DNA of 32,000 bases from Raphidiopsis brookii D9. Its GTDB lineage: Bacteria > Cyanobacteriota > Cyanobacteriia > Cyanobacteriales > Nostocaceae. The position numbers were made by a program, and so were the translations under genes. The notes below the pieces were generated by a model. The model had not been told where the DNA came from and did no database searches. It was given only the letters and a program-made list of their open reading frames with translations. Shown here piece after piece: positions 9,318-18,000 of this stretch (positions are counted from its first letter, which is position 1; every line of letters starts with the position of its first letter). The stretch is taken from positions 1 through 32,000 of the forward strand of contig ACYB01000019.1 of NCBI GenBank assembly GCA_000175855.1, given 5' to 3'.

Positions 9318-10328
9318 ATGAAACGCAGATCATTCATTGAAAGCTCCGCTTTATTTGGCGCGTCTTTATTAGGTACTCAAGCCATTGCCAGCATTGGTAA
9401 TAGAGGTATTGAGCCAGTACAAGCCCAACAAATAAAAGAACTGAACTTCGGTATCATTTCCACAGAATCCCAAGCCAATCAAAGACCCCTTTGGGAACCA
9501 TTTATTGCAGCGTTATCAAGTTCCATAGGTATTCCCGTGCGAGCTTTTTATGCTACCCAATATGCGGGGGTAATTGAAGCCATGCGTTTTGGTCAGGTGC
9601 AAATAGCTTGGTATGGTGGTAAATCCTATATTGAAGCTGCTAAAATTGCTAATGCAGAAGCCTTTGCCCAAACTGTTTCCAGTGATGGGAAAAAAGGTTA
9701 CTATGCTCATCTGATTGCCAATAAGAGTAATCCGATTACAGCAGCAGCTAAGAAACAGGGTGGGGATAAATATGTGATCCGAAATGCGAGTAAATTAACT
9801 TTTGCATTTAACGATCCTAACTCCACTTCTGGGTTTTTAGTACCTAGCTACTATGTATTTGGCAGAAATAAAGTTGACCCCAAGAAAGTTTTTAAACGCC
9901 TAATTTTCTCAGGTAGTCACGAAGCTACAGCTTTAGCAGTGGCAAATAACCAGGTAGATGTAGCCACTAATAATAATGAGTCTTTAGAAAGACTGGAAAA
10001 AACTAATCCCTCAGCCAGACAAAAAATAGAGATCATCTGGACATCACCAATTATCCCTAGTGATCCCATAGCTTACCGTAAAGATTTACCAGCTGATGTG
10101 AAGAAAAAGCTGCAAAATTTCTTCTACAATTTCAAAGACAAAAAAATCCTAGAACCTTTGCAGTGGTCAGCTTTAGTCCCCGCTAATGATAAAACATGGA
10201 ACCCCATTCGAGAGTTAGACCTTGCTAAACAGGTTTTAGACCTACAGTCTAAAACTGACTTAACTGCTGAAGATAAACAAAAATTAAACGATTTAAATAG
10301 TAGACTGCGTAAACTGCAAGGACGTTAA
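9318..10328 (+). CDS. phnD: Phosphonate/phosphite ABC transporter substrate-binding protein
   Basis: ORF 336 aa; exported N-terminus (MKRRSFIESSALFGASLLGTQ), ATQYAGVIEAMRFGQVQIAWYGGKSYIEAA, NDPNSTSGFLVPSYY typical of PhnD/PtxB. Confidence 0.9.
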   Translation: MKRRSFIESSALFGASLLGTQAIASIGNRGIEPVQAQQIKELNFGIISTESQANQRPLWEPFIAALSSSIGIPVRAFYATQYAGVIEAMRFGQVQIAWYGGKSYIEAAKIANAEAFAQTVSSDGKKGYYAHLIANKSNPITAAAKKQGGDKYVIRNASKLTFAFNDPNSTSGFLVPSYYVFGRNKVDPKKVFKRLIFSGSHEATALAVANNQVDVATNNNESLERLEKTNPSARQKIEIIWTSPIIPSDPIAYRKDLPADVKKKLQNFFYNFKDKKILEPLQWSALVPANDKTWNPIRELDLAKQVLDLQSKTDLTAEDKQKLNDLNSRLRKLQGR

Positions 10329-10350
10329 TACCAATTAATTACTAGTTATC

Positions 10351-10390
10351 AGCTGTTGATTTTTAAAAACTAAGTTAGGAATCAACAGCT
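10351..10390 (+). other. Perfect 11-bp inverted repeat (stem-loop) between phnD and phnE
   Basis: AGCTGTTGATT (10351-10361) and AATCAACAGCT (10380-10390), 18-nt loop. Confidence 0.7.
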
Positions 10391-10467
10391 ACCTTGCCAA
10401 GCAACTGCATCAAATATATCGCTAAGTATCCAAATATTAATAACATTAAATCTAGGTGTACACGAAC

Positions 10468-11289
10468 ATGTCAGACAACTCAAAAAATGGCGATCCTTCT
10501 CCTAGCGTTTTGGCAATGTTAGAAAAAGAAGCCAAACTTGTCACTGTCAAAAAAGTTATATTAGTTTTAGCAATTGCTGTGACCCTAATTGCCTCCTATC
10601 TACAAAGTGAATTAAATTTCTTAGTGCTTCTGCAGCGTGGAGACAATATGGTGGAGTATGTTAAATCATATTTTCTACCAGACTTTTCCGACTGGGGATA
10701 CTACTTTTCTGAAACTGTAATTACAATTTCTATGGGACTCTGGGGAACCTTGATGGCAGCTATCGTTTCTGTTCCCTTATCCATTCTAGCATCCAATAAC
10801 ATGTGCCCAATATGGATTGTACAACCAACCAGACGAATATTAGATGCTATGCGTGCTATTAATGAAGTAGTGTTTGCACTAATATTTGTAGTGGCCGTGG
10901 GGTTAGGTCCCTTCGCAGGGGTGTTAGCCTTATTTGTACACACCACTGGAGTATTGGGTAAATTGTTCTCCGAAGCGGTAGAATCTATTGAACCCGGTCC
11001 AGTGGATGGGATTAGAGCTACTGGTGCTAGTCAGATTCAAGAGGTTATTTATGGTGTGATTCCCCAGGTTATGCCTTTGTGGACTTCTTTTACGCTTTAT
11101 AGATTTGAATCTAATGTCCGCTCCGCTTCTGTTCTGGGCATAGTGGGAGCTGGTGGCATAGGTGTTTCACTTTATCAAAGCTTTGGTGCTTTCCAGTATC
11201 AAAAAGTTTGTGCGATTTTAATTGTTTTAGTAGCAGCTACAGCTGTAATTGATTTGTTATCTGCTAAGATAAGAAATTGGTTAGTCTAG
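10468..11289 (+). CDS. phnE: Phosphonate/phosphite ABC transporter permease; the ORF track extends to a GTG at 10456, ATG at 10468 more likely
   Basis: ETVITISMGLWGTLMAAIVSVPLSILASNN, EPGPVDGIRATGASQIQEVIYGVIPQVMPLWTSFTLYRFESNVRSASVLGIVGAGGIG. Confidence 0.9.
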   Translation: MSDNSKNGDPSPSVLAMLEKEAKLVTVKKVILVLAIAVTLIASYLQSELNFLVLLQRGDNMVEYVKSYFLPDFSDWGYYFSETVITISMGLWGTLMAAIVSVPLSILASNNMCPIWIVQPTRRILDAMRAINEVVFALIFVVAVGLGPFAGVLALFVHTTGVLGKLFSEAVESIEPGPVDGIRATGASQIQEVIYGVIPQVMPLWTSFTLYRFESNVRSASVLGIVGAGGIGVSLYQSFGAFQYQKVCAILIVLVAATAVIDLLSAKIRNWLV

Positions 11290-11321
11290 TTCAACCGGGG
11301 AAATTAAGACTAAAATTAATA

Positions 11322-12137
11322 CTAATGGAGCAGTTCAACACCAGATTTTGTAAAAAAAGAATGAACTAGGCGGGAAATATCCGGAGCATGAGTAGTAACA
11401 AAGTCATGTTCAGCGTCTGGGATAATATAAAAAGCGGTTTGGGGAATGGTCCTCGCATAGGTTTCACTGTGCCATTGGGGAATAGTAGTATCATTTCCCG
11501 CAGCAATAACTATTGTTGGTGTGGAAATTTGATGGATATGCTTTTCCACCGTATCCACAGCATCCGTTGGTTTTAATATACTCTTTAACATAGCAGCAGC
11601 AGAGGGTTGAGTCATCAGCGCATGACGTGCTTGGGCAATTTTTTGGTAACCATAGCTGTTGCCGCTCAAATAGGCAAAAGGTTTATATAGAGCGATCGCC
11701 AAATCCACAAGTTTTGTCTGCCAAAGTAGTGGTTTAAGGTGGTCATAACGTCCAACAAAACTATCATCACGAATACCTGCGGGCGCAATTAAACCTAAAC
11801 CATGTAAATTAAATGAGTAATGAATAGCATAGGCTGAAGCGACCCATGCACCGTAGGAATAACCAGCTAAATAAAACTTTTCCAGTTGGAGATTATCTAC
11901 AAATTGCTTGAGAAAAGTAACTTGGTTCTCAATTAAATAATTAATTTTGGGTTTAGAAGAGTCACCAAAGCCTAACAGTTCTAAGCTAAGACATTGAAAT
12001 TGAGATTGTAATTCATCTACCAGACAATTTAGGGATGACGCATCACCGAAAAACCCATGTAATAAAACTAATGGTTCACCTTTACCTTTAAGGGTATAGG
12101 CGGCCTGATAATCACCAAGTTTAACGAATTGTTTCAT
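11322..12137 (-). CDS. Alpha/beta hydrolase
   Basis: ORF 271 aa; VLLHGFFGDASSL, nucleophile elbow YLAGYSYGAWVA, AGNDTTIPQ, DAEHDF. Confidence 0.88.
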   Translation of the reverse strand: MKQFVKLGDYQAAYTLKGKGEPLVLLHGFFGDASSLNCLVDELQSQFQCLSLELLGFGDSSKPKINYLIENQVTFLKQFVDNLQLEKFYLAGYSYGAWVASAYAIHYSFNLHGLGLIAPAGIRDDSFVGRYDHLKPLLWQTKLVDLAIALYKPFAYLSGNSYGYQKIAQARHALMTQPSAAAMLKSILKPTDAVDTVEKHIHQISTPTIVIAAGNDTTIPQWHSETYARTIPQTAFYIIPDAEHDFVTTHAPDISRLVHSFFTKSGVELLH

Positions 12138-12139
12138 AT

Positions 12140-13444
12140 TTAATCATTAAAATTATCAAATATAACTGGGGTCCAGTCCACCACAGGTTGTTGAGTTAAG
12201 ATGGCTTGTTCAATAATAGCGATCGCCTGATTAATACCTCCAGAATGGTTAATTTCCTGTTGAAATTGTTGGGCACGATCTCGATAGCTGGGGACTTCTA
12301 AAACCCGTTTTACCTTTTCACGTAATTTCTGCACTGTTAATTGCTGCAATTCGAGAAATTCACCACAACCCGACCATTTAATTCTAGCTGCGATACCTGG
12401 TTGATCATTAGTAATAGGAATAGCCACCAGAGGAACACCATGAGTCAAAGATTCAAGAGTAGTATTCATACCTCCATGAGTTATTGTTAAACTTGCTCGC
12501 TGGAGTAGTTCAATTTGGGGAGCATAACGAACAACCAGGGGATGACCTGGTAGGGGTGGTAGATCTTCAGGATTAGCAGAACCACCCAGAGAAATCACTA
12601 ATTGAATATCCAAATTCTCACAAGCTGCAGCAATGGTTTGAAAGATATTTTTCCGGCGATTTTGCAATGTTCCCATAGAGGCATAAATTAGGGGTTTATC
12701 AGATAATTTTTCCCAGGGAAAATCAACAAATTTGCGGCTTGTTGTGCTATGAAATGGTCCGGTAAAATGAAAGTTATCAGGCAAGGTTTGTCGGGGATAT
12801 TCCAGAGATTTTGGTTGATGACAAATAATTGCCAGGGAGGAATCAAAAGTTGTTGGTATGGGTAACTGATTGTTTTTTAAAAACTGCTTTGCTGGTTCGT
12901 GGATAATTTTTCCTATCAAAGAACCTACATAATTAGTCAATTGATTTCTCAATTTAAAAAACCACTTAAAAAACCATGAGTTACCATATTGCCATGTTGT
13001 AAAAACAGGTGGAATTGCAGCCTCTTGGTTAAATGGTAAAGCACTACAGAGTGTAACATAGGGAATATTCAAAATTTTGGCGATCGCCACTGCTTCCGTA
13101 CTGGTTTGATCAATCACCATTCCATCTAGCTTGAGATCTTTACAGGCGATCGCCCCATCTTGGAGAACCATATATGAAACCTGTCGAAAGATTCCTATGG
13201 TGTAAAGTAGAGCGGATAGACCTTCTCGTTCACCCAAGGTTTCAAAGATTTTGTCTATGCTCCCTTGGGGAAGGGATTCCATGGCCACTGGGAAAAAATC
13301 AATACCAATTGCTTCAACTTTTGCTTGAGCATCAGCTATACCCACAAAGGTTACCCTGTGACCTTTTATAAGTAAGGCTTCACCAATTGGTAACATGGTA
13401 TTTAGATGACCTGTTTCAACTGGACAATACAAACCAATATGCAT
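12140..13444 (-). CDS. UGT/MGT-type glycosyltransferase (GT1)
   Basis: ORF 434 aa; LIYASMGTLQN, APQIELLQRASLTITHGGMNTTLESLTHGVPLVAIPITNDQPGIAARI. Confidence 0.88.
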   Translation of the reverse strand: MHIGLYCPVETGHLNTMLPIGEALLIKGHRVTFVGIADAQAKVEAIGIDFFPVAMESLPQGSIDKIFETLGEREGLSALLYTIGIFRQVSYMVLQDGAIACKDLKLDGMVIDQTSTEAVAIAKILNIPYVTLCSALPFNQEAAIPPVFTTWQYGNSWFFKWFFKLRNQLTNYVGSLIGKIIHEPAKQFLKNNQLPIPTTFDSSLAIICHQPKSLEYPRQTLPDNFHFTGPFHSTTSRKFVDFPWEKLSDKPLIYASMGTLQNRRKNIFQTIAAACENLDIQLVISLGGSANPEDLPPLPGHPLVVRYAPQIELLQRASLTITHGGMNTTLESLTHGVPLVAIPITNDQPGIAARIKWSGCGEFLELQQLTVQKLREKVKRVLEVPSYRDRAQQFQQEINHSGGINQAIAIIEQAILTQQPVVDWTPVIFDNFND

Positions 13445-13463
13445 AAATGACAGGCTCTCCAGT

Positions 13464-13809
13464 TTACCTTTTCCCGTTCACTTGGGAAACCGAGATAATT
13501 TTATAAGTACCCGATGTAGATTCAGGAATGCTCTTGGGAATAGATTTAACTACTTGGAGCTGGGCTTTTCCTCTGCAGAGCGTATTCTGCTTACAGACGC
13601 GAGTAATTTTTTTACCCACGGGGGATTGGGTTTCAAAGAAATAAATTACCGTATCTCCACTTTCTTTACCAAAATAAAAAACGTAAGGAGTGGGTTTTCC
13701 CAATCTTGAGATCCCCGCTAAAGTCCCCTGCAAATCTCTCCTGAGCCAACAAATCCCCAGCATTTAGAGCAATTAGGGTTGTTGGTAATAATGCCCAAAG
13801 TATTCTCAT
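13464..13809 (-). pseudogene. Small predicted secreted protein gene interrupted by an apparent 1-nt frameshift near 13696-13699
   Basis: Manual translation from ATG at 13809: MRILWALLPTTLIALNAGDLLAQERFAGDFSGDLKIGKTHSLRFLFW*; the downstream part continues in the ORF-track frame as GKPTPYVFYFGKESGDTVIYFFETQSPVGKKITRVCKQNTL... Confidence 0.55.
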
Positions 13810-14012
13810 CACCAATATACCAGTAAGATTCTCTTTAACAAGAGTATCACGGTTCTATCCTAAAATTGCCAATTTTCCCAAATGTGGCTGAAACTAATAA
13901 GCATCTAGTGCGAGTTTGTAAAAGTCTTAGTTAGACCTGCTGCACTGCGATTATATATTTATCTAATCATTTATTTTTGATACGAACTAGTTGTTCCAAT
14001 AGTTGTTCTAAA

Positions 14013-14582
14013 TTATCCTTTTAGAATCTCATTTACAGTTAATTTCAACTCAGAAAATAAAGGGGAAAAAATCACCTCATCACCCTTAAAACCCTGCTCC
14101 TCATATAAACCTTCCACCCACTCCAAAACAGTCACTTTTTGCGCCATCGGATCAACAATCCAATATTCATTAATACCCCGTGCTGCATACTCGGAACGCT
14201 TGTAACGATAATCTCGCTTTTCTTGATTAGGACTTACCACTTCAATCACCAACAAAGGATGGGGCATATCCATTAAAATTAAAGAGCGTGTAGCATCTTT
14301 TATCACCTCAGCTAATTCTTCAGAAAATACCATCAAATCAGGAACACGCACCCCCACCATGCGACTATTTACAGCTATTTCTGTTTTCATTCTTAACCGA
14401 TAATAGGGAATACCTAACTTGAGAAAATAGGCAACTAAGAACATTGCTATTCTTTGATTCATTTCACTCTCAGAAGGCATAAGAATTAATTCCCCATTTT
14501 CCAATTCATATAAATTATCTGTCCCATCATCATAATTAATAAATTCCTCAAAAGTCATTTTTTTAGCAGTTGCGATTATCAT
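14013..14582 (-). CDS. Uma2 family (PD-(D/E)XK-like) protein
   Basis: ORF 189 aa; MTFEEFINYDDGTDNLYELENGELILM, RVPDLMVF, PLLVIEVVSPNQEKRDYRYKRSEYAARGINEYWIVDP. Confidence 0.9.
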   Translation of the reverse strand: MIIATAKKMTFEEFINYDDGTDNLYELENGELILMPSESEMNQRIAMFLVAYFLKLGIPYYRLRMKTEIAVNSRMVGVRVPDLMVFSEELAEVIKDATRSLILMDMPHPLLVIEVVSPNQEKRDYRYKRSEYAARGINEYWIVDPMAQKVTVLEWVEGLYEEQGFKGDEVIFSPLFSELKLTVNEILKG

Positions 14583-14749
14583 GACTATGACTCCTATAAA
14601 ATGCTGATTTTACTATTTTAACAACTGATATCACGGTCTATTTCTGTTTGACTTTTATTCAACAAGCGGCAATTATACCCTATGCAAACTCGGAAATGTC
14701 AAGTACTGTTACAAAAATTTGTGAACTACAAGGGTAAGGTATGCGCATT

Positions 14750-14890
14750 GCAGTCGTCCATTACTTCTATTCCTTTGGCATGGATGGCTTCATTGTCTGA
14801 TGCGATCGCATCCCAAAACAAAAGGCTTTGCGTCTATATTTTGTCGTTAAAACTAGATGTACGGTCACTGACCGACCTTCCCTTCGAGAC
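14750..14890 (-). pseudogene. Remnant of an IS200/IS605-family TnpA (Y1 HUH) transposase, N-terminal part
   Basis: Minus-strand translation gives REGRSVTVHLVLTTKYRRKAF, matching the conserved N-terminal HLV..TKYRRK block of TnpA; reading frame breaks shortly after, boundaries approximate. Confidence 0.6.
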
Positions 14891-15007
14891 AAAATCATTT
14901 TTCATAAGCCTCTTGACACATCTTTTATAATTAGTGTATACTAGGAAATCTAAGGCTGGAAAAAAGAAATAATCAGAATTAAGTTATCAAAAATAGCTGA
15001 AAAGCCC

Positions 15008-15031
15008 ACACTCGTCCGAAGGGGAGTGTGT
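15008..15031 (+). promoter_or_regulatory. Stem-loop in the leader of the STAND/WD40 gene
   Basis: CACACTC (15008-15014) pairs perfectly with GAGTGTG (15025-15031), with possible inner UCC/GGG pairs around GAA. Confidence 0.5.
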
Positions 15032-15077
15032 GTAGTATGTCACTGGAATTAACAGGATTTTCCCGGAGACCAACACC

Positions 15078-18000
15078 ATGAGTGATCTACAAAATATTGC
15101 CAATCATCACTATGAACCTATCAAAACTATCTTGCGAGTAATTGATTTCTCCCAAGGTCATTTTTCCCTGGTTTTTTTGCACTGTAATGATGCTCAATTA
15201 CGCCAACAAGTGGCAGCACAACTGAGGGAAAGCTCGCCCAACAAAATTGAGGAGATTACTCTACCCCAGTCGGCCATAAGTCTCTATGATAATATATCCC
15301 TAAGTTTGGATAGACATCCAGAAGTTTTGATGGTATTTGGACTGGAGAATGTTAATAACTTAGACTCTATCTTACAGTTCTCTAACCAAATTAGAGAAGA
15401 ATTTAGAAAAAACTTTGCCTTTCCCCTATTGATTTGGATAGATGATCGAATACTGAGAAAAATTTTGAGAATTGCACCAGATTTGGAAACTTGGGGTAGT
15501 ATTATTGGCACACCTAATTACTACAATGGAGAAAACCACGTGAAAGGTTTAGCTCAAATTCACAGGTTTTTGGCAGAAGCGGCTTTAGAAAATCAACAAT
15601 GGTCAGAAGCTAAAAAGCAGGCACAGTATGCACAAGAAATTTTAACCAGTGCTGATGATGGTTTATATTACTTATTGACTGCTCGTTCCCAAATTGGTCT
15701 GGGAGAAACTGGTGCGGCTATTAAAACTTTAGAGTTCGCTAAAACTCATACTATGCCTCCCCAGGATCCCCAACTCCACATTGAGATTTTAAAAACTTTG
15801 GGCAGTTTATACTTTGATCACGGTAATTACTTGCAGGCATTCTATGTTCGACAAGAGCAACTACAAGTTGAACAACAGTATAGGTTAAGAGCATTCCTGG
15901 GATCATCTTATTTAAATCCCCAACGCCCAATCATTAATAAGACTAATGGTAATGGTCGCAATAGTCGTCCCATGGTATTTGGTAGGGAAGAAGATATCAA
16001 AAGTTTATGGCAAAGAATCTCAGACAATGAACATCCATTAATCGTGATTCACGGACAATTTGCAGTGGGTAAAACCTCGATTATTCAGGGAGGGCTAGTT
16101 CCTATTCTGGAACAAGAACTCATTGATGACAAACAGATATTACCTATTATTCTCCAGAAGTACACAAATTGGTTAGAAGAATTATCGGAGCAATTATTAA
16201 ATAAACTAGAGAAGAAGTTACAATCAACTATAGCCATAGAAACATTTAATGGATTCTCTCCACAGGAGAGAATTGTTAAACTATTAAACATCAGTGGCGA
16301 TAAAAATTTATTAACCGTTTTGATATTTGACCAATTTGAAGAATTTTTCCTTGTCACCGGTAACCTTGAACAAAAAACAAGATTTTATCAATTATTACGC
16401 TCTTGCCTAGATATTCCCTTTGTTAAAATTATTCTTACCCTGCGGGAGGAATATTTACATTACTTACTGGAGATAGACAGACTGGTAGATTTAAGAGTTA
16501 CTAATAATAACATTCTTGACAAAAATATTCGTTACTACTTAGGTAACTTCTCCAAAGCAGTGGCTAAAAGGATTATTCAAACTCTAATGGTCAAAGACCA
16601 ATTTGAGTTACAGATGGAATTAATTGACCAATTAGTTGAAGAGTTGGGGGACAATTTAGGAGAGGTGAGACCCCTAGAGCTACAAATTGTTGGTGCACAA
16701 TTAGAAAAGGAGGGAATTGATACCTTAGAGCAATATGAACAATTTGGTGGTAAACAGAAACTACTGGAAAAATTCTTGCAGGATGTGATTAAAAGTTGTG
16801 GACCTGAGAATGAGTCAACAGCTCAATTAGTTTTATACTTGCTCACAGAGGAAAATGGAACTAGACCCTTAAAGACTCAATCGGAAATAGTAACACAGTT
16901 CTCAGTGGAAAGTGATAAACTAGATTTAGTTCTAAAGATTTTCGTTGGTTCAGGTTTAGTATGGCTACTGCGAGAATCACTTAGGGATAGATATCAACTG
17001 ATTTATGACTGTTTAGTGCCGTTTGTTCGTCAGCAGTATGTACAGTTATATTATGCTCATTTACCAGAACAATTAGAGAAAATTCAAGCAGAGCTTAGAC
17101 AAGAAAGGGAAGCTGAAGAACAAGCCCAGCTGGTAACTAAGCTGGAAGAAGATGCATTAATTGCTTTAGATCAGTTTAAAGCTGACCCTCTACTATCCCT
17201 AGTTAATGCTGTAAGTAGTGCTAACTTATTAAAATCCATAGTTCAAAACAATCCTCTGGATAAGTACCCAACCGTTAGTCCCATTTATGCCTTAAATACT
17301 ATTCTTGACGCTATCAGCGATCGCAATATCATCAAAGGTCATGAAGGTGGAATTACAAGTGTCTGTTTCAGTCCAGATGGACAAAGTATAGCAACTGGTT
17401 CCTGGGACAAAACAGTTCGGTTATGGAATTTGCGGGGTGAAAATATCCAGCAGTTTCGTGGTCATGAGGGTGGAATCACAAGTGTCTGTTTTAGTCCAGA
17501 TGGTCAAAGTATAGGGACTGGTTCTGAGGATGGGACAGCTCGGTTATGGAATTTGCAGGGGAAAAACATCCAGCAGTTTCGTGGTCACGAAGGTGGAATC
17601 ACAAGTGTCTGTTTTAGTCCAGATGGCCAAAGTATAGGGACTGGTTCTGAGGATGGGACAGCTCGGTTATGGAATTTGCAGGGGAAAAACATCCAGCAGT
17701 TTCGTGGTCACGAAGGTGGAATCACAAGTGTCTGTTTTAGTCCAGATGGACAAAATATAGGGACTGGTTCTGAGGATAGGACAGCTCGGTTATGGAATTT
17801 GCAGGGGGAAAACATCCAGCAATTTCATGGTCATGAGGACTGGGTTACAAGTGTGAGTTTTAGTCCAGATGGTCAAACCCTAGCTACCACCTCTGTGGAC
17901 AAAACAGCTAGATTATGGAACTTGCAGGGGGAAACCATTCAACAATTTCATGGTCACGAGAACTGGGTCACCAGTGTGAGTTTCAGTCCAGATGGTCAAA

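Noticed and set aside
11322-13444. Hydrolase-glycosyltransferase pair as a natural-product cluster
   Set aside because: Only two adjacent general-purpose enzymes, with no synthase or tailoring set nearby; not enough support for a biosynthetic cluster.
14682-14930. 82-aa plus-strand ORF MQTRKCQVLLQKF...
   Set aside because: No recognisable domain; it lies antisense to the TnpA-like relic, which explains the sequence better.
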